A stretch of 40,720 nucleotides of DNA. Source: a virus. Lineage: Duplodnaviria; Caudoviricetes. The notes under the pieces are model-generated. The model saw only the letters and a list, made by a program, of their open reading frames with translations, did not search any database and was not told the origin of the DNA. A program made the translations under genes and the position numbers. Positions 7,987 to 16,891 of the stretch are shown one piece after another. Positions within the stretch are counted from its first letter, which is position 1; each line of letters starts with the position of its first letter. The stretch spans positions 1 through 40,720 of the IMG/VR virus record IMGVR_UViG_3300036793_000091; one strand, given 5' to 3'.

Positions 7987-8547
7987 GTGGCTAATAAACG
8001 CGCAGACCTTACCCCGAAGGAACAGATTTTTATCCGCGAGTATTTGATCGATGGGAACGGCACAAGGGCAGCCATTGCAGCGGGTTACGCTGCAGCGAGT
8101 GCAGGGGTGGCGGCTTCCAAGCTGCTAAAGAAACCTAAGGTCAGCCAGGAACTACAGGCGCTCCGCGCCGGCTTGTGCGCGAAGCTCGAGATCACCGCCG
8201 AGCGCGTCCTGCAGGGCATCGCGCAGCTCGCTTTCTTCGATCCGCGGAAGTTCTACGCGGCCGATGGATCGCTCAAGCCGGTGATGGAGCTCGACGAGTT
8301 GACCGTCGCTTCGCTCCAGGGCATCGACGTGCAAAAGCTCTTCCGGCATTACGGCAAGGGCGCCTCGGAAGAGATCGGCACGCTCACGAAAATTAGATTC
8401 GCCGATCGCGGCTTAAACCTCGAGCGCCTCGGCCGCCACCTGAAGCTCTTCACCGACAAGCTCGAACTGAACAACAGCGACGCCATCATCGCAGCGCTGA
8501 AAGCCGGCCGAGCCCGCGTTGCCGAAGCAAAGAAAAAGAAATCATGA
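7987..8547 (+). CDS. terS: terminase small subunit
   Basis: LTPKEQIFIREYLIDGNGTRAAIAAGY...ASKLLKKP, ITAERVL..IAQLAF.D, LE.LGRHL.LF. Confidence 0.92.
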   Translation: MANKRADLTPKEQIFIREYLIDGNGTRAAIAAGYAAASAGVAASKLLKKPKVSQELQALRAGLCAKLEITAERVLQGIAQLAFFDPRKFYAADGSLKPVMELDELTVASLQGIDVQKLFRHYGKGASEEIGTLTKIRFADRGLNLERLGRHLKLFTDKLELNNSDAIIAALKAGRARVAEAKKKKS

Positions 8548-10073
8548 GCGCCGCCGCAGCCATCACCGAAGTTTTCAATACGGTCGATCCCGACGTCGCG
8601 CTGGCGCAGGAGATCGCGCAGTTCTACGAGGATCCCTTGGGCTTTGTGATGTTCGCCTACCCGTGGGGCGTGCCAGGCACGGAGCTCGAGGGCGAGATCG
8701 GACCGGACGAGAATCAGATTGAATTCCTCACCTCGCTTGGCGAGGAAGTAAGAAAGCGCGGCTTCGATGGGATGTTGCCGGTCCTGCCGATCCGCATGGC
8801 CGAGACGAGCGGACACGGCACCGGCAAATCCGCGCAAGGCGCCTGGATCGCCGACTGGATCCTCTTCACGCGGCCGCACTCGATCGGCACGGTCACCGCA
8901 GGCACATTTACGCAGCTCATGGACCGCACCTGGGCCGCGATTCGCCACTGGACAAAACTTTCCGTAGCGGCGCACTGGTTTGACATCCAGGCGCGATCGA
9001 TCCACCACAAGAAGCACCCGGAGAGCTGGAAGGTCGTCGCGCAAACTTGCAAAGAGCAGAACGCGCAATCGTTCGCCGGCCAGCACGCGAAGACGTCGAC
9101 GAGCTGGTATTTGTTCGACGAGGCCTCGGAAGTTCCGGACAAGATCTGGGAGACGGCTGAAGGCGGACTCACCGACGGCGAGCCGATGATCTTCGCGTGG
9201 GGCCAGCCGGTCCGCAACTCCGGCGAGTTCTACGTCATCAACTTCGGCAAAAAGAAACCGCGATGGAACACTCGCCGCGTCGACTCCCGCACCAGCCGCT
9301 TCACGAACCTCGATCTCATCAAGCAGTGGATCTCCGATTACGGCATCGATAGCGACTTCTGTAAGGTCCGCATCCTCGGCCAGCCGCCCTCCGCATCCGA
9401 ACTCCAATACATCGATAAGGCCCGCGTCGAAGCCGCGCGTCGCCGGACAGTGGCAGCACTGCCCGATGATGCCCTCGTCGCGGGCTTTGACGTTTCTGGT
9501 GGAGGTCTCGCGTGGAACGTAATCCGCTTCCGCCGCGGGCTCGATGGCAAACCGACCGACGCCGCCGGCAACGTCATCAAGCCGATCCGGATCCCAGGCG
9601 AGCACGATGTCGATCGATCACAGCGTGTCGGGATCTGCGCCGAGCTGCTGAAAGATCGCAGGCCTGGCCGTCAGCTCGCAGCGATGTTCGTCGACTCGGC
9701 CTTCGGCGCCGTGATCGTCTCGCGGCTGAGAGCCCTCGGCTTCACGAATGTGCATGAAGTGAACTTCGGCGGCGCGAGCCCCGATATCCACTGCTTGAAT
9801 ATGCGGGCTTACATGCACATGAAGGCGAAAGAATGGCTGCTCCTCGGTTGCCTTCCCGATGATGACGACCTATGTGAGCAGCTGAGCATTGCCGGGTATC
9901 ACATCAACAATTCCGGCAAGCTCGTGATCGAATCGAAGGAAAGCATCATCGCCCGTGGCGAGAAGAGCCCGGACGATTCCGACTCTTTCATTTTGACCTG
10001 GGCGCAGTCAGTAGCGCCGCCGAAACTTCCTTCCCGTTCTTCTGCACCGAAACGACACTCAGCCTGGGGATAA
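8544..10073 (+). CDS. terL: terminase large subunit
   Basis: Walker A SGHGTGKS, Walker B YLFDEAS, RNase H-like GFDVSGGG...VDS...SPDDSD. Confidence 0.95.
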   Translation: MSAAAAITEVFNTVDPDVALAQEIAQFYEDPLGFVMFAYPWGVPGTELEGEIGPDENQIEFLTSLGEEVRKRGFDGMLPVLPIRMAETSGHGTGKSAQGAWIADWILFTRPHSIGTVTAGTFTQLMDRTWAAIRHWTKLSVAAHWFDIQARSIHHKKHPESWKVVAQTCKEQNAQSFAGQHAKTSTSWYLFDEASEVPDKIWETAEGGLTDGEPMIFAWGQPVRNSGEFYVINFGKKKPRWNTRRVDSRTSRFTNLDLIKQWISDYGIDSDFCKVRILGQPPSASELQYIDKARVEAARRRTVAALPDDALVAGFDVSGGGLAWNVIRFRRGLDGKPTDAAGNVIKPIRIPGEHDVDRSQRVGICAELLKDRRPGRQLAAMFVDSAFGAVIVSRLRALGFTNVHEVNFGGASPDIHCLNMRAYMHMKAKEWLLLGCLPDDDDLCEQLSIAGYHINNSGKLVIESKESIIARGEKSPDDSDSFILTWAQSVAPPKLPSRSSAPKRHSAWG

Positions 10074-10077
10074 CGAC

Positions 10078-10509
10078 ATGATGCCGATGGGAATGCCGAA
10101 TGGAATGCCGCAAGGACGTCCGATGCCGAACGTGTTCGCGCAACGCATGGGAATGCCGGCCGCGGGCGTGCCCGGAGCTCCTGCCGCCGCCTCGGCAATG
10201 CCGCCCGCAGGAATGCCTGGCGCGCCCGCTCCTGCTCCCACTCCTGCACCGATGATGAGCTCGGGAATGACAGGTGCACCGCCGATGAACACATTCGCCG
10301 CGCGTCCGGTGATGGCGCCAGGCGCGATGATGCCGCCACCAGGCGCGCCCGGTGCACCGCAGATGGGCGCACCGTCAATGGGCGCTCCAACGATGGGCGC
10401 CCCGGGAATGATGGGCGCTCCGATGATGCCGCCCGGAGGCCTGCAGCACCCGATGATGCAGGGCGCGCAGAACTTCCTGCGCCAACGCCTCGGAATGCCG
10501 AGTTACTAA
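10078..10509 (+). CDS. Met/Pro/Gly-rich low-complexity protein
   Basis: ~27 Met, MGAP tandem repeats, no D/E/K; fills the gap exactly between terL and the next ATG. Confidence 0.7.
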   Translation: MMPMGMPNGMPQGRPMPNVFAQRMGMPAAGVPGAPAAASAMPPAGMPGAPAPAPTPAPMMSSGMTGAPPMNTFAARPVMAPGAMMPPPGAPGAPQMGAPSMGAPTMGAPGMMGAPMMPPGGLQHPMMQGAQNFLRQRLGMPSY

Positions 10510-10621
10510 ATGGCGAAACTCACAAGTAAAACGCGCAACCCAGGGAGTCAAGCGAGGAACGCTCTCGCCGGCGAGCGCTGCGAAGGTGCGCGCGAAGGCA
10601 AATCGTATTCTAGGCAAATGA
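10510..10621 (+). pseudogene. decayed remnant of small basic MAKLT...ARNALA...KVRAKANR.L family protein
   Basis: MAKLTSKTRN..SQARNALA in one frame and AAKVRAKANRILGK-stop in another; the stop overlaps ATG 10618. Confidence 0.55.
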
Positions 10622-10842
10622 CCAGACCTCTTTTCTCAATCTATTTACCCGACGGGCGCTGCTACGACGTAACCGCCGGACGTGCCTATCAGGTAACCGC
10701 GATAGAAGGCGCTCACATTCCGCCGTTTGTCGAGAAGCCCATCGCAATTCTCAGCAAAGGTGATCGGGCTGAATTTCTCGAAGTTCTCAACATTTGCAAG
10801 GACATCACCGAACGAATTCAGGAAAAGGACAAAACTTTATGA
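10618..10842 (+). CDS. hypothetical protein
   Basis: ATGA-coupled to the remnant above and to 10839. Confidence 0.5.
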   Translation: MTRPLFSIYLPDGRCYDVTAGRAYQVTAIEGAHIPPFVEKPIAILSKGDRAEFLEVLNICKDITERIQEKDKTL

Positions 10843-11303
10843 CACTGCTCGCAGCTCTATTGCTCAACCATTCCGCGGCCGCTGTACTGGTATCGGTAGC
10901 GATGGCCCTCGGATTTGCTGGCCTCTTCGCCACCGTGCAGCTCGCTCAGGGCGCCTTCACGACCGACGCCATCAACAAACTACTTGCCGGAGACTTTCTT
11001 CCGATCGCAGCGAGCGGCGTCGTCGATCCACACACCCCAGCGCGCTACGTGATTACAAAGGCCGGCGTCGCCGCGCTCACTTTAAAGGCGCCTGTAGCCG
11101 GCGCCGAAGATGGCCTTTTGATTGAGATCACCTCGACGACTGCGAACGCTCACACCCTGACAACCGTCGCGCTATTCCGCAACGGAGGCGCGAATACGAA
11201 CGTCGCGACCTTTGCCGCGGTCGATGGCGCCTCGATCCTGCTCTGCGCCTACAACGGCAAGTGGTACGTGCAGGGCTCGCAGAACGTGACCTTAACCAGT
11301 TAA
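10839..11303 (+). CDS. beta-rich fibre/decoration-like protein with hydrophobic N-terminal export/anchor segment
   Basis: AGGA RBS; long hydrophobic leader ending QLA|Q; ALTL.AP..G.EDG..I.ITS...AHT...G.S..L.AYNGKWYV. Confidence 0.65.
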   Translation: MTLLAALLLNHSAAAVLVSVAMALGFAGLFATVQLAQGAFTTDAINKLLAGDFLPIAASGVVDPHTPARYVITKAGVAALTLKAPVAGAEDGLLIEITSTTANAHTLTTVALFRNGGANTNVATFAAVDGASILLCAYNGKWYVQGSQNVTLTS

Positions 11304-11407
11304 CGAACTTTTTCCGGCTCGTCTCCACAACTTAATCAGACCAACGCCGGAATCAGAAAGGGGCGGGGCTCCCGCATGGCCGTGCCCCGGTTTAAAGGAA
11401 GGAAATA

Positions 11408-11920
11408 ATGCTGACGTCAAGCGAGCTAGAACTCGAGATCGAAAGGCTCACCGTCTCCAAAGAGGCGCTGACTGCGTTCGTGCGCCGCGTGGCCGGCGCC
11501 TTTTCTCGGGCGCTCACCATTGCCGGAGTTGAGTTTCACGCTATTAATGGCCCCGATCATTACCATGGCGATGGCTTCGACGAGGTCGCAAGGCTTAGCG
11601 CTAGGCCAAATGACACTGGCTGGGACTTTCAGGTCTCCGACACAATGAAGTGGGAAACTGGGGATGCCGCTCCGGAGATGATCAGTTGCACGAGTCTTTC
11701 CGACTCCGAGCTGGCGCGGATCGCCGATCTCTGGGCGACGAACATCGCGGCAAGGAGCAAGCGTGTCGCCTTCGCAAATCTATACAAGCCGAAAGCGGTC
11801 GAAATGGCCGAGCGCTACAACGATCTTCGCGTCGCTTTCCGTGTAATCCGCGCATGGGACCCCGTGTTTGGCGGCTACATTCTCCGCTTCGATTCAGTCT
11901 TTAAAAAACTCGACGTGTGA
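11408..11920 (+). CDS. truncated paralogue of the P22-type coat protein
   Basis: AAGGAAGG RBS; C-terminal YKPKAVE...RVIRAWDPVFGGYILRFDSV aligns with coat YLPKSVE...RFVKAWDPVRSMQIHRFDTV. Confidence 0.7.
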   Translation: MLTSSELELEIERLTVSKEALTAFVRRVAGAFSRALTIAGVEFHAINGPDHYHGDGFDEVARLSARPNDTGWDFQVSDTMKWETGDAAPEMISCTSLSDSELARIADLWATNIAARSKRVAFANLYKPKAVEMAERYNDLRVAFRVIRAWDPVFGGYILRFDSVFKKLDV

Positions 11921-11931
11921 CAAGGAGCACT

Positions 11932-12201
11932 ATGAGCAATAAAAGCAAAGGACACCTGCGCCGGCTCGAAATCGAAGTCCATCGCGAGCCCGCGACCAAG
12001 GGCGGCGGGCCTGGCAAGGTAACCGGCCACACCGTTCACCACTACATGGAGCCGAGCGCTGCCTCGTCGAAATCGGGCGCCTTCATGGAGCACGGCCATC
12101 ACTCCCAGCCCTTCAGTAAAAACGAGCACGAAGCGATGCTCGATCACGTCATGGAACATCTCGGCGGCGAAGGCGAGAGCAAAGACGAAGCCGAAGAGTA
12201 A
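11932..12201 (+). CDS. His-rich small protein
   Basis: AAGGAG RBS; GHTVHHY...EHGHHSQPF...EH..MLDHVMEHLG; acidic tail. Confidence 0.7.
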   Translation: MSNKSKGHLRRLEIEVHREPATKGGGPGKVTGHTVHHYMEPSAASSKSGAFMEHGHHSQPFSKNEHEAMLDHVMEHLGGEGESKDEAEE

Positions 12202-12253
12202 ACGGCGCAGTGATCGTGTGATCCCGTTGCCACAGCGAAAGGCCGCATAGACC

Positions 12254-12934
12254 ATGCCAAAACAACTCACCCGCACGCAGTTGAATCACGAGCTGAAGAA
12301 GCTCGGCTTCGGAGGCCTCGAGGACCGCAATCTCATGCAGCAGCTCGCGTGTTGTTATCAAACGCACGAGCAGTTTCGCGGCATGTTGATGTCGACGGTC
12401 CCGGAGCAGCGCCGTAACGCCTATGAAGCGATAGCCCCGCATTTGAGCTTTCGGCCGAAGCCGCTCGATGTCTACGAAATGGAGATGCGGAGCAAAGCCG
12501 AGCGCGAGCAGCTGCCCGGCTACAACCCAACGACCGGCGAAATCATTCCCTTCAAAGTGCCGGAGATTTCACTCGAGGACATGGCGCAGGAAGCGATCGC
12601 GCAGAACCAGCACGAAAAAGACGGCGGCCTGTCGCTTGTCTGCACGAAATGCACGGTCGAACAAATCTTCCGCGCGAAGACGCGCAAACAGGCCTACAAG
12701 GACGCCGATCGTGAAGGCTGGCGCATGCAGGGCACGAAAGCCTATTGCCCGCAGCACGTGCCGACGCGGCTCACAATGACGCTCTCCTGCTCCGATCCCG
12801 ATTGCGGTCGCACCGAGAAAGTGCGCGCCTGGGACGAGCAGGACGGCTACCGCAGGGCGCGGTTGATGGGCTGGGTCATTGAGGACGCAGCAACGTGTCC
12901 GAGATGCGCAGCGAAGACGATTGTCATTCAGTGA
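12254..12934 (+). CDS. protein with tandem duplicated Zn-ribbon domains
   Basis: LVCTKC...EGW...YCPQH and LSCSDPDC...MGW...TCPRC. Confidence 0.75.
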   Translation: MPKQLTRTQLNHELKKLGFGGLEDRNLMQQLACCYQTHEQFRGMLMSTVPEQRRNAYEAIAPHLSFRPKPLDVYEMEMRSKAEREQLPGYNPTTGEIIPFKVPEISLEDMAQEAIAQNQHEKDGGLSLVCTKCTVEQIFRAKTRKQAYKDADREGWRMQGTKAYCPQHVPTRLTMTLSCSDPDCGRTEKVRAWDEQDGYRRARLMGWVIEDAATCPRCAAKTIVIQ

Positions 12935-13080
12935 TGTCGCAACCTACTCCCACTATTCCGATGCCGGCGCGCACACAGGAGCTCGCTTGCGGCAAATGCG
13001 GGCGCCCGGTCCTTGTATCGACGCGGACGATCCTCGCCTTCTGCCGTGATTGCTCAGCGACGCTCGGAGTCAAGCGCTAG
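12934..13080 (+). CDS. small Zn-ribbon protein
   Basis: CGKCG...FCRDC; TGATG coupling. Confidence 0.6.
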   Translation: MSQPTPTIPMPARTQELACGKCGRPVLVSTRTILAFCRDCSATLGVKR

Positions 13081-13367
13081 CGCCTGTTTACGCCGGCGAT
13101 TGAGAACACGTCGCCCCGCTTCAAGATTTGAGGGTCGGCGGTAATAGCGGTGACGATGCTCCTGGACGGGTTCCCGACAAACTCGACAACTCTATATTCA
13201 ATGAACTTCGGATCGACAAACGTCTCGACGATCGTGAAAAGCCTCGGGAATCGCGGGACGACGATCTCTTTCGGAAACGACCACACACGATTAAACGGAA
13301 TGGCCTGATCGAGCGCAATGCCCGCCACTCCTCCAGCGATTAACCGCATGAAGCCACGCCGATCCAT
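13077..13367 (-). CDS. Tat-signal small protein ending in a coat I-domain-like motif
   Basis: MDRRGFMRLIAGGVAGIAL twin-arginine signal; C-terminal LKRGDVFSIAGVN. Confidence 0.65.
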   Translation of the reverse strand: MDRRGFMRLIAGGVAGIALDQAIPFNRVWSFPKEIVVPRFPRLFTIVETFVDPKFIEYRVVEFVGNPSRSIVTAITADPQILKRGDVFSIAGVNRR

Positions 13368-13383
13368 GCACGCAGTTTAGAAC

Positions 13384-15627
13384 ATGTCCACACTCGACCC
13401 GAAAGAGATTCGCGAAACCTACTCCGATTTCCGCTCGGAGTGGCAGCCCGTCCGCGACGAAGCCGGGCTCGACATGCAGGCCATCAGCATTGAAGGCCCG
13501 TGGACCGACGACGATCGCGCCGCCCGCGAAGATGCCGGCCGACCGTGTATCCATCTCGACCAGATCAATCAGTATCTGCATCAGTACACCGGGAACCTCC
13601 GCAAAACGAAGCGCGCCATTCAGGTCACACCGAAGGGCAACGGCGCAAACGATGCCGACGCAAAGAAGCGATCGAGCGTCATTCGTGGGATCGAGGAGAA
13701 ATCGAACGCGCCGACGGCCGTCTACATCCCGGCCGCGGAATCCGCCGCGCAGCGCAGCTACGGCTACGCCGTCATCCGCACCGATTACAAGGACGAAGAG
13801 AGCTTCGACCAGGAAATTCTCGTCAAGCCGATCGCAAATCCGGATTGCGTGCTGCTGAGCCCCTATTACAAGCAACCGAACGCCTCCGACGTCGAAGAGG
13901 CCTTCCTGCTCGAGCCGATCACGAAAAAAGATTTCAAGGCGCAGCATCCGAAGGCGAAGATCACGGACTTCGATGGCGAAGAGATGCAGGGCTGGGGCGT
14001 CTCCGACTGGGTCAAAGAGAACTATGTCATGCGCGCCGAGTATTGGAAGATCGAGCACGATCAGCGCACCTTGCTCCTGATTAAGACGCCCGAAGGGACC
14101 TCGATCGCCTGGGAAGATGAGCTCAAGAACCGCGACCGCGGCGGCCGCTTCAAAAATGTCCGCAACGGAATCGAAGTCTTACGCGAGCGCGATGTCATGA
14201 TCCCGCGCGTCGTGCAGCGCCTGACGAACGGCCTCGAGGTCCTCGACGAGATTCCCTGGCACGGCTCGCGCATCCCGATCATCTCTTGTTTCGGCCCGGA
14301 GCGATGGCGCACGATCGGCGGCCGAGCCCAGCGGCAATTGCTCTCGCTTGTCCGCTTCGCGCGCGATCCGCAGATGCTCTTCGATTTTCTCGCCACCTGT
14401 GAGTGTGAAGTAGCGGGGCAGGTCCCGAAGGTCCCCTTTGTCGGCTACAAAGGGCAATTCGAAAGCGATCGCGACGTGTGGGAGGAACTCACGAAGGTCC
14501 CTCACGCCTTCGTCCAGGCGGACATCGTCCTCGATGCCGGCACAAACGCGCCGCTGCCCCTGCCGACAAAGCCCAACTGGGAGCCGAATTTCCAGACCTA
14601 CGAGATCGCGAAAGATTCTGCCGGCCGATCACTCCAGTCCTCGATGGGCATCAGCCCGCTGCCGACCGCCGCGCAACGCTCGAACCAAAAATCAGGCGTC
14701 GCACTCGAGAAGATTCAGGACGAAGAGGACATCGGCACTCATCAGTTTCTCGACAACTTCGAAAACGGCTTCCTGCACAACATGGGCTGGCAGATCAATG
14801 AGCTCATCACCCCGATCATGGACACCCAGAGCGAGATGCCGATCGCGCAGCCCGATGGCACGCGGAAGACGCTGCACCTCGTCGGCAAAACCTCGCACCC
14901 GCTGCAGGAAGACGGCTCGTACGAAGTCCAGGGTGTCCCGGACGATCACCTGCACACGGCGAAAGGCGACTTCGATGTCACGATCGCCTCCGGGCCGAGT
15001 TATGACTCCGAACGCGACGAGCAATCGCAATTTGTCGACTCGATGGTCGACAACCTTCCGAACTTGCCGCCGCCTGGCTCACCCGCGGGAAAAGTTTTGG
15101 CGCTCGCGATCCGCATGCGTCCGAACCTCGGGCCGATCGGCCAGCAGATCGCCGACGTCTTCGATCCGCCGGATCCGTCAAATCTGCCGCCTGAAGCACA
15201 GGCCGTCATCACGCAGCTCAAAGGCCAGATGCAGCAGCTGCAGCAGGAGAACACCGCGCTCCACATGGACCGCGCCGGCCGCGTCCTCGAGCAGCAGACG
15301 AAATTGAAGATCGAAACCATGCGCGGGCAGCATTCGCTCGACGCGAAGACGATCGACTACATCACGCAGATCGTGAAGGCGGAGCTCGCGAAGGGATCGA
15401 AGGCGGAAACCTTAAAAGCGCAGACCGATGCCAATCGAGAGCTCGTTAAGCTCGGCTTCAATCATGACCAGATCGATCGCGCCCACGACGCTGCGCATGA
15501 AGTTGCAATGAGCGGAGTCGAACACGCGCGAGCGCAGGAAATGCAGCAACAGGCAGCGGCTAACCAGCAGTCGGCGGATCCGGCGGCAGCGCAGCCGCAG
15601 ACTCCGGAACAACAACCGGCCACTTAA
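13384..15627 (+). CDS. portal protein (P22-like)
   Basis: 747 aa; W...R..R...GRPC...D.I, G.GY..I, IPII, LVR.ARDPQ..F, SGVAL, G.FDV.I..GPSY.S.R, Q-rich C-terminal barrel. Confidence 0.93.
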   Translation: MSTLDPKEIRETYSDFRSEWQPVRDEAGLDMQAISIEGPWTDDDRAAREDAGRPCIHLDQINQYLHQYTGNLRKTKRAIQVTPKGNGANDADAKKRSSVIRGIEEKSNAPTAVYIPAAESAAQRSYGYAVIRTDYKDEESFDQEILVKPIANPDCVLLSPYYKQPNASDVEEAFLLEPITKKDFKAQHPKAKITDFDGEEMQGWGVSDWVKENYVMRAEYWKIEHDQRTLLLIKTPEGTSIAWEDELKNRDRGGRFKNVRNGIEVLRERDVMIPRVVQRLTNGLEVLDEIPWHGSRIPIISCFGPERWRTIGGRAQRQLLSLVRFARDPQMLFDFLATCECEVAGQVPKVPFVGYKGQFESDRDVWEELTKVPHAFVQADIVLDAGTNAPLPLPTKPNWEPNFQTYEIAKDSAGRSLQSSMGISPLPTAAQRSNQKSGVALEKIQDEEDIGTHQFLDNFENGFLHNMGWQINELITPIMDTQSEMPIAQPDGTRKTLHLVGKTSHPLQEDGSYEVQGVPDDHLHTAKGDFDVTIASGPSYDSERDEQSQFVDSMVDNLPNLPPPGSPAGKVLALAIRMRPNLGPIGQQIADVFDPPDPSNLPPEAQAVITQLKGQMQQLQQENTALHMDRAGRVLEQQTKLKIETMRGQHSLDAKTIDYITQIVKAELAKGSKAETLKAQTDANRELVKLGFNHDQIDRAHDAAHEVAMSGVEHARAQEMQQQAAANQQSADPAAAQPQTPEQQPAT

Positions 15628-15742
15628 TCATGACCGTTTGAATTCGGTGCTTGCTTTTGCAGTCCGCGCACGTAGCAAAAAAACAGCCACCATCGAAGGC
15701 GAGATTCCAATCGATTCCGCCACATCTTGAGCATTTAAGCAT
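15560..15742 (-). CDS. possible antisense small Zn-ribbon protein
   Basis: CSRCGG...TCADCK; occupies the portal-scaffold gap and overlaps the portal 3' end. Confidence 0.4.
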   Translation of the reverse strand: MLKCSRCGGIDWNLAFDGGCFFATCADCKSKHRIQTVMIKWPVVVPESAAALPPDPPTAG

Positions 15743-15807
15743 CGCCCGACTTTAGCACCTTCGCCCGCCGCTGCGTCATGCGGCAGAACCACCAAGGAAA
15801 ACAAGCC

Positions 15808-16890
15808 ATGAGCACACTCGCCGTTACTCCGGCCGCCTCGGCAGCGGCCGCCACCACAGTCGACACCACGGAACGCCACGCGGAATTTCTTCCGACCGAT
15901 CGCAACTATCGCATGACGGGAGAACTGCCCGCCGCTTCCGGCGAAAAAGATGACGCCTCGCAAACGTCGGAAAAAGAAACGAAGGACAATTCGTCGCAGG
16001 ACAATTCGTCAGAGAAGGTGGACGCCTCGGCAGCGGCCAGCGACGCCGAAAAAGCAGCGGCCTCGGAAGCCGCATCCGCGCAGAAGGATAAACCAGCGAC
16101 CGAAAATCGCTTTCAGAAGCTCAGCCGCGAGAACAAAGAGCTGCGCGAACGTCTGAACCGCCTCGAATCGGCCCAACCTCGTCGTGACAATCCGCAGGCC
16201 TCGCAACCTGCCGCCGATCAAAAGACGGAAACAGCCGCCGCGCAACCGAAGGCCGCACCGAAACCGAAGATCGATGACGTCGACCCGAAGACGAGCCAGC
16301 CGAAATACAAAACTTTCGCCGAGTACGAAGAGGCGAAGGATGAGTGGAACCGGAAGGAAGCGATTCGGGAATTTCAGGAAACGACTGCGAAGACGCAGCG
16401 CGAGCAGAACCTCGCGCACTCGAAGCAGGTCATCGCCCAGGAATTCGGAAAACGCGTCGAAGCCGCGCGTGCCAAATACGCCGACTTTGACGAAGTGGCC
16501 CTCAACCCGGACCTGCCCATCAAGGAAGGTTCGCCCGTCGACATCTTCACGCTCGATTCGGCGAATGGGACCGACGTCCTCCAGTTCCTCGGGAAAAATC
16601 CGGGCGAGCTCGATCGCATTAACAAGCTGAGCCCTGTGGCGCAGATTCGCGAGCTCACGAAGATCGAGCTCGAAGTCTCGAAAGTGGCGGCGAAACCCAC
16701 TGCTGCAGTTGCTGGCGAAAATCCCTCTGCAAAACCTGTCACCCAGGCCGGCCGGCCTCCACACCAACTTTCCGGAAAAGGAACCGTGACGAAAGACGCG
16801 GTGGAGCAGGCGGTCGAAGACGGCGACCAGGACACCTACATGCGCGAGCAAACCGCGCGGGACCTGGCTCGCAGACGCAAAGGAAAATAA
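15808..16890 (+). CDS. capsid scaffolding protein
   Basis: Between portal and coat; AAGGA RBS; charged coiled coil, RF..L, Y.DFDEV, L.K.P.EL.RI..L.P..Q.REL..IE. Confidence 0.88.
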   Translation: MSTLAVTPAASAAAATTVDTTERHAEFLPTDRNYRMTGELPAASGEKDDASQTSEKETKDNSSQDNSSEKVDASAAASDAEKAAASEAASAQKDKPATENRFQKLSRENKELRERLNRLESAQPRRDNPQASQPAADQKTETAAAQPKAAPKPKIDDVDPKTSQPKYKTFAEYEEAKDEWNRKEAIREFQETTAKTQREQNLAHSKQVIAQEFGKRVEAARAKYADFDEVALNPDLPIKEGSPVDIFTLDSANGTDVLQFLGKNPGELDRINKLSPVAQIRELTKIELEVSKVAAKPTAAVAGENPSAKPVTQAGRPPHQLSGKGTVTKDAVEQAVEDGDQDTYMREQTARDLARRRKGK

Positions 16891-16891
16891 T

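Noticed and set aside
8349-9605. Long antisense/alternate-frame ORFs (also 14438-15307, 16009-16980, 19609-20469, 36764-37564)
   Set aside because: Typical high-GC shadows of well-supported genes with no motifs of their own
15983-16010. Tandem GGACAATTCGTC duplication in the scaffold gene
   Set aside because: Short in-frame duplication (DNSSQDNSS) in a disordered linker; ordinary
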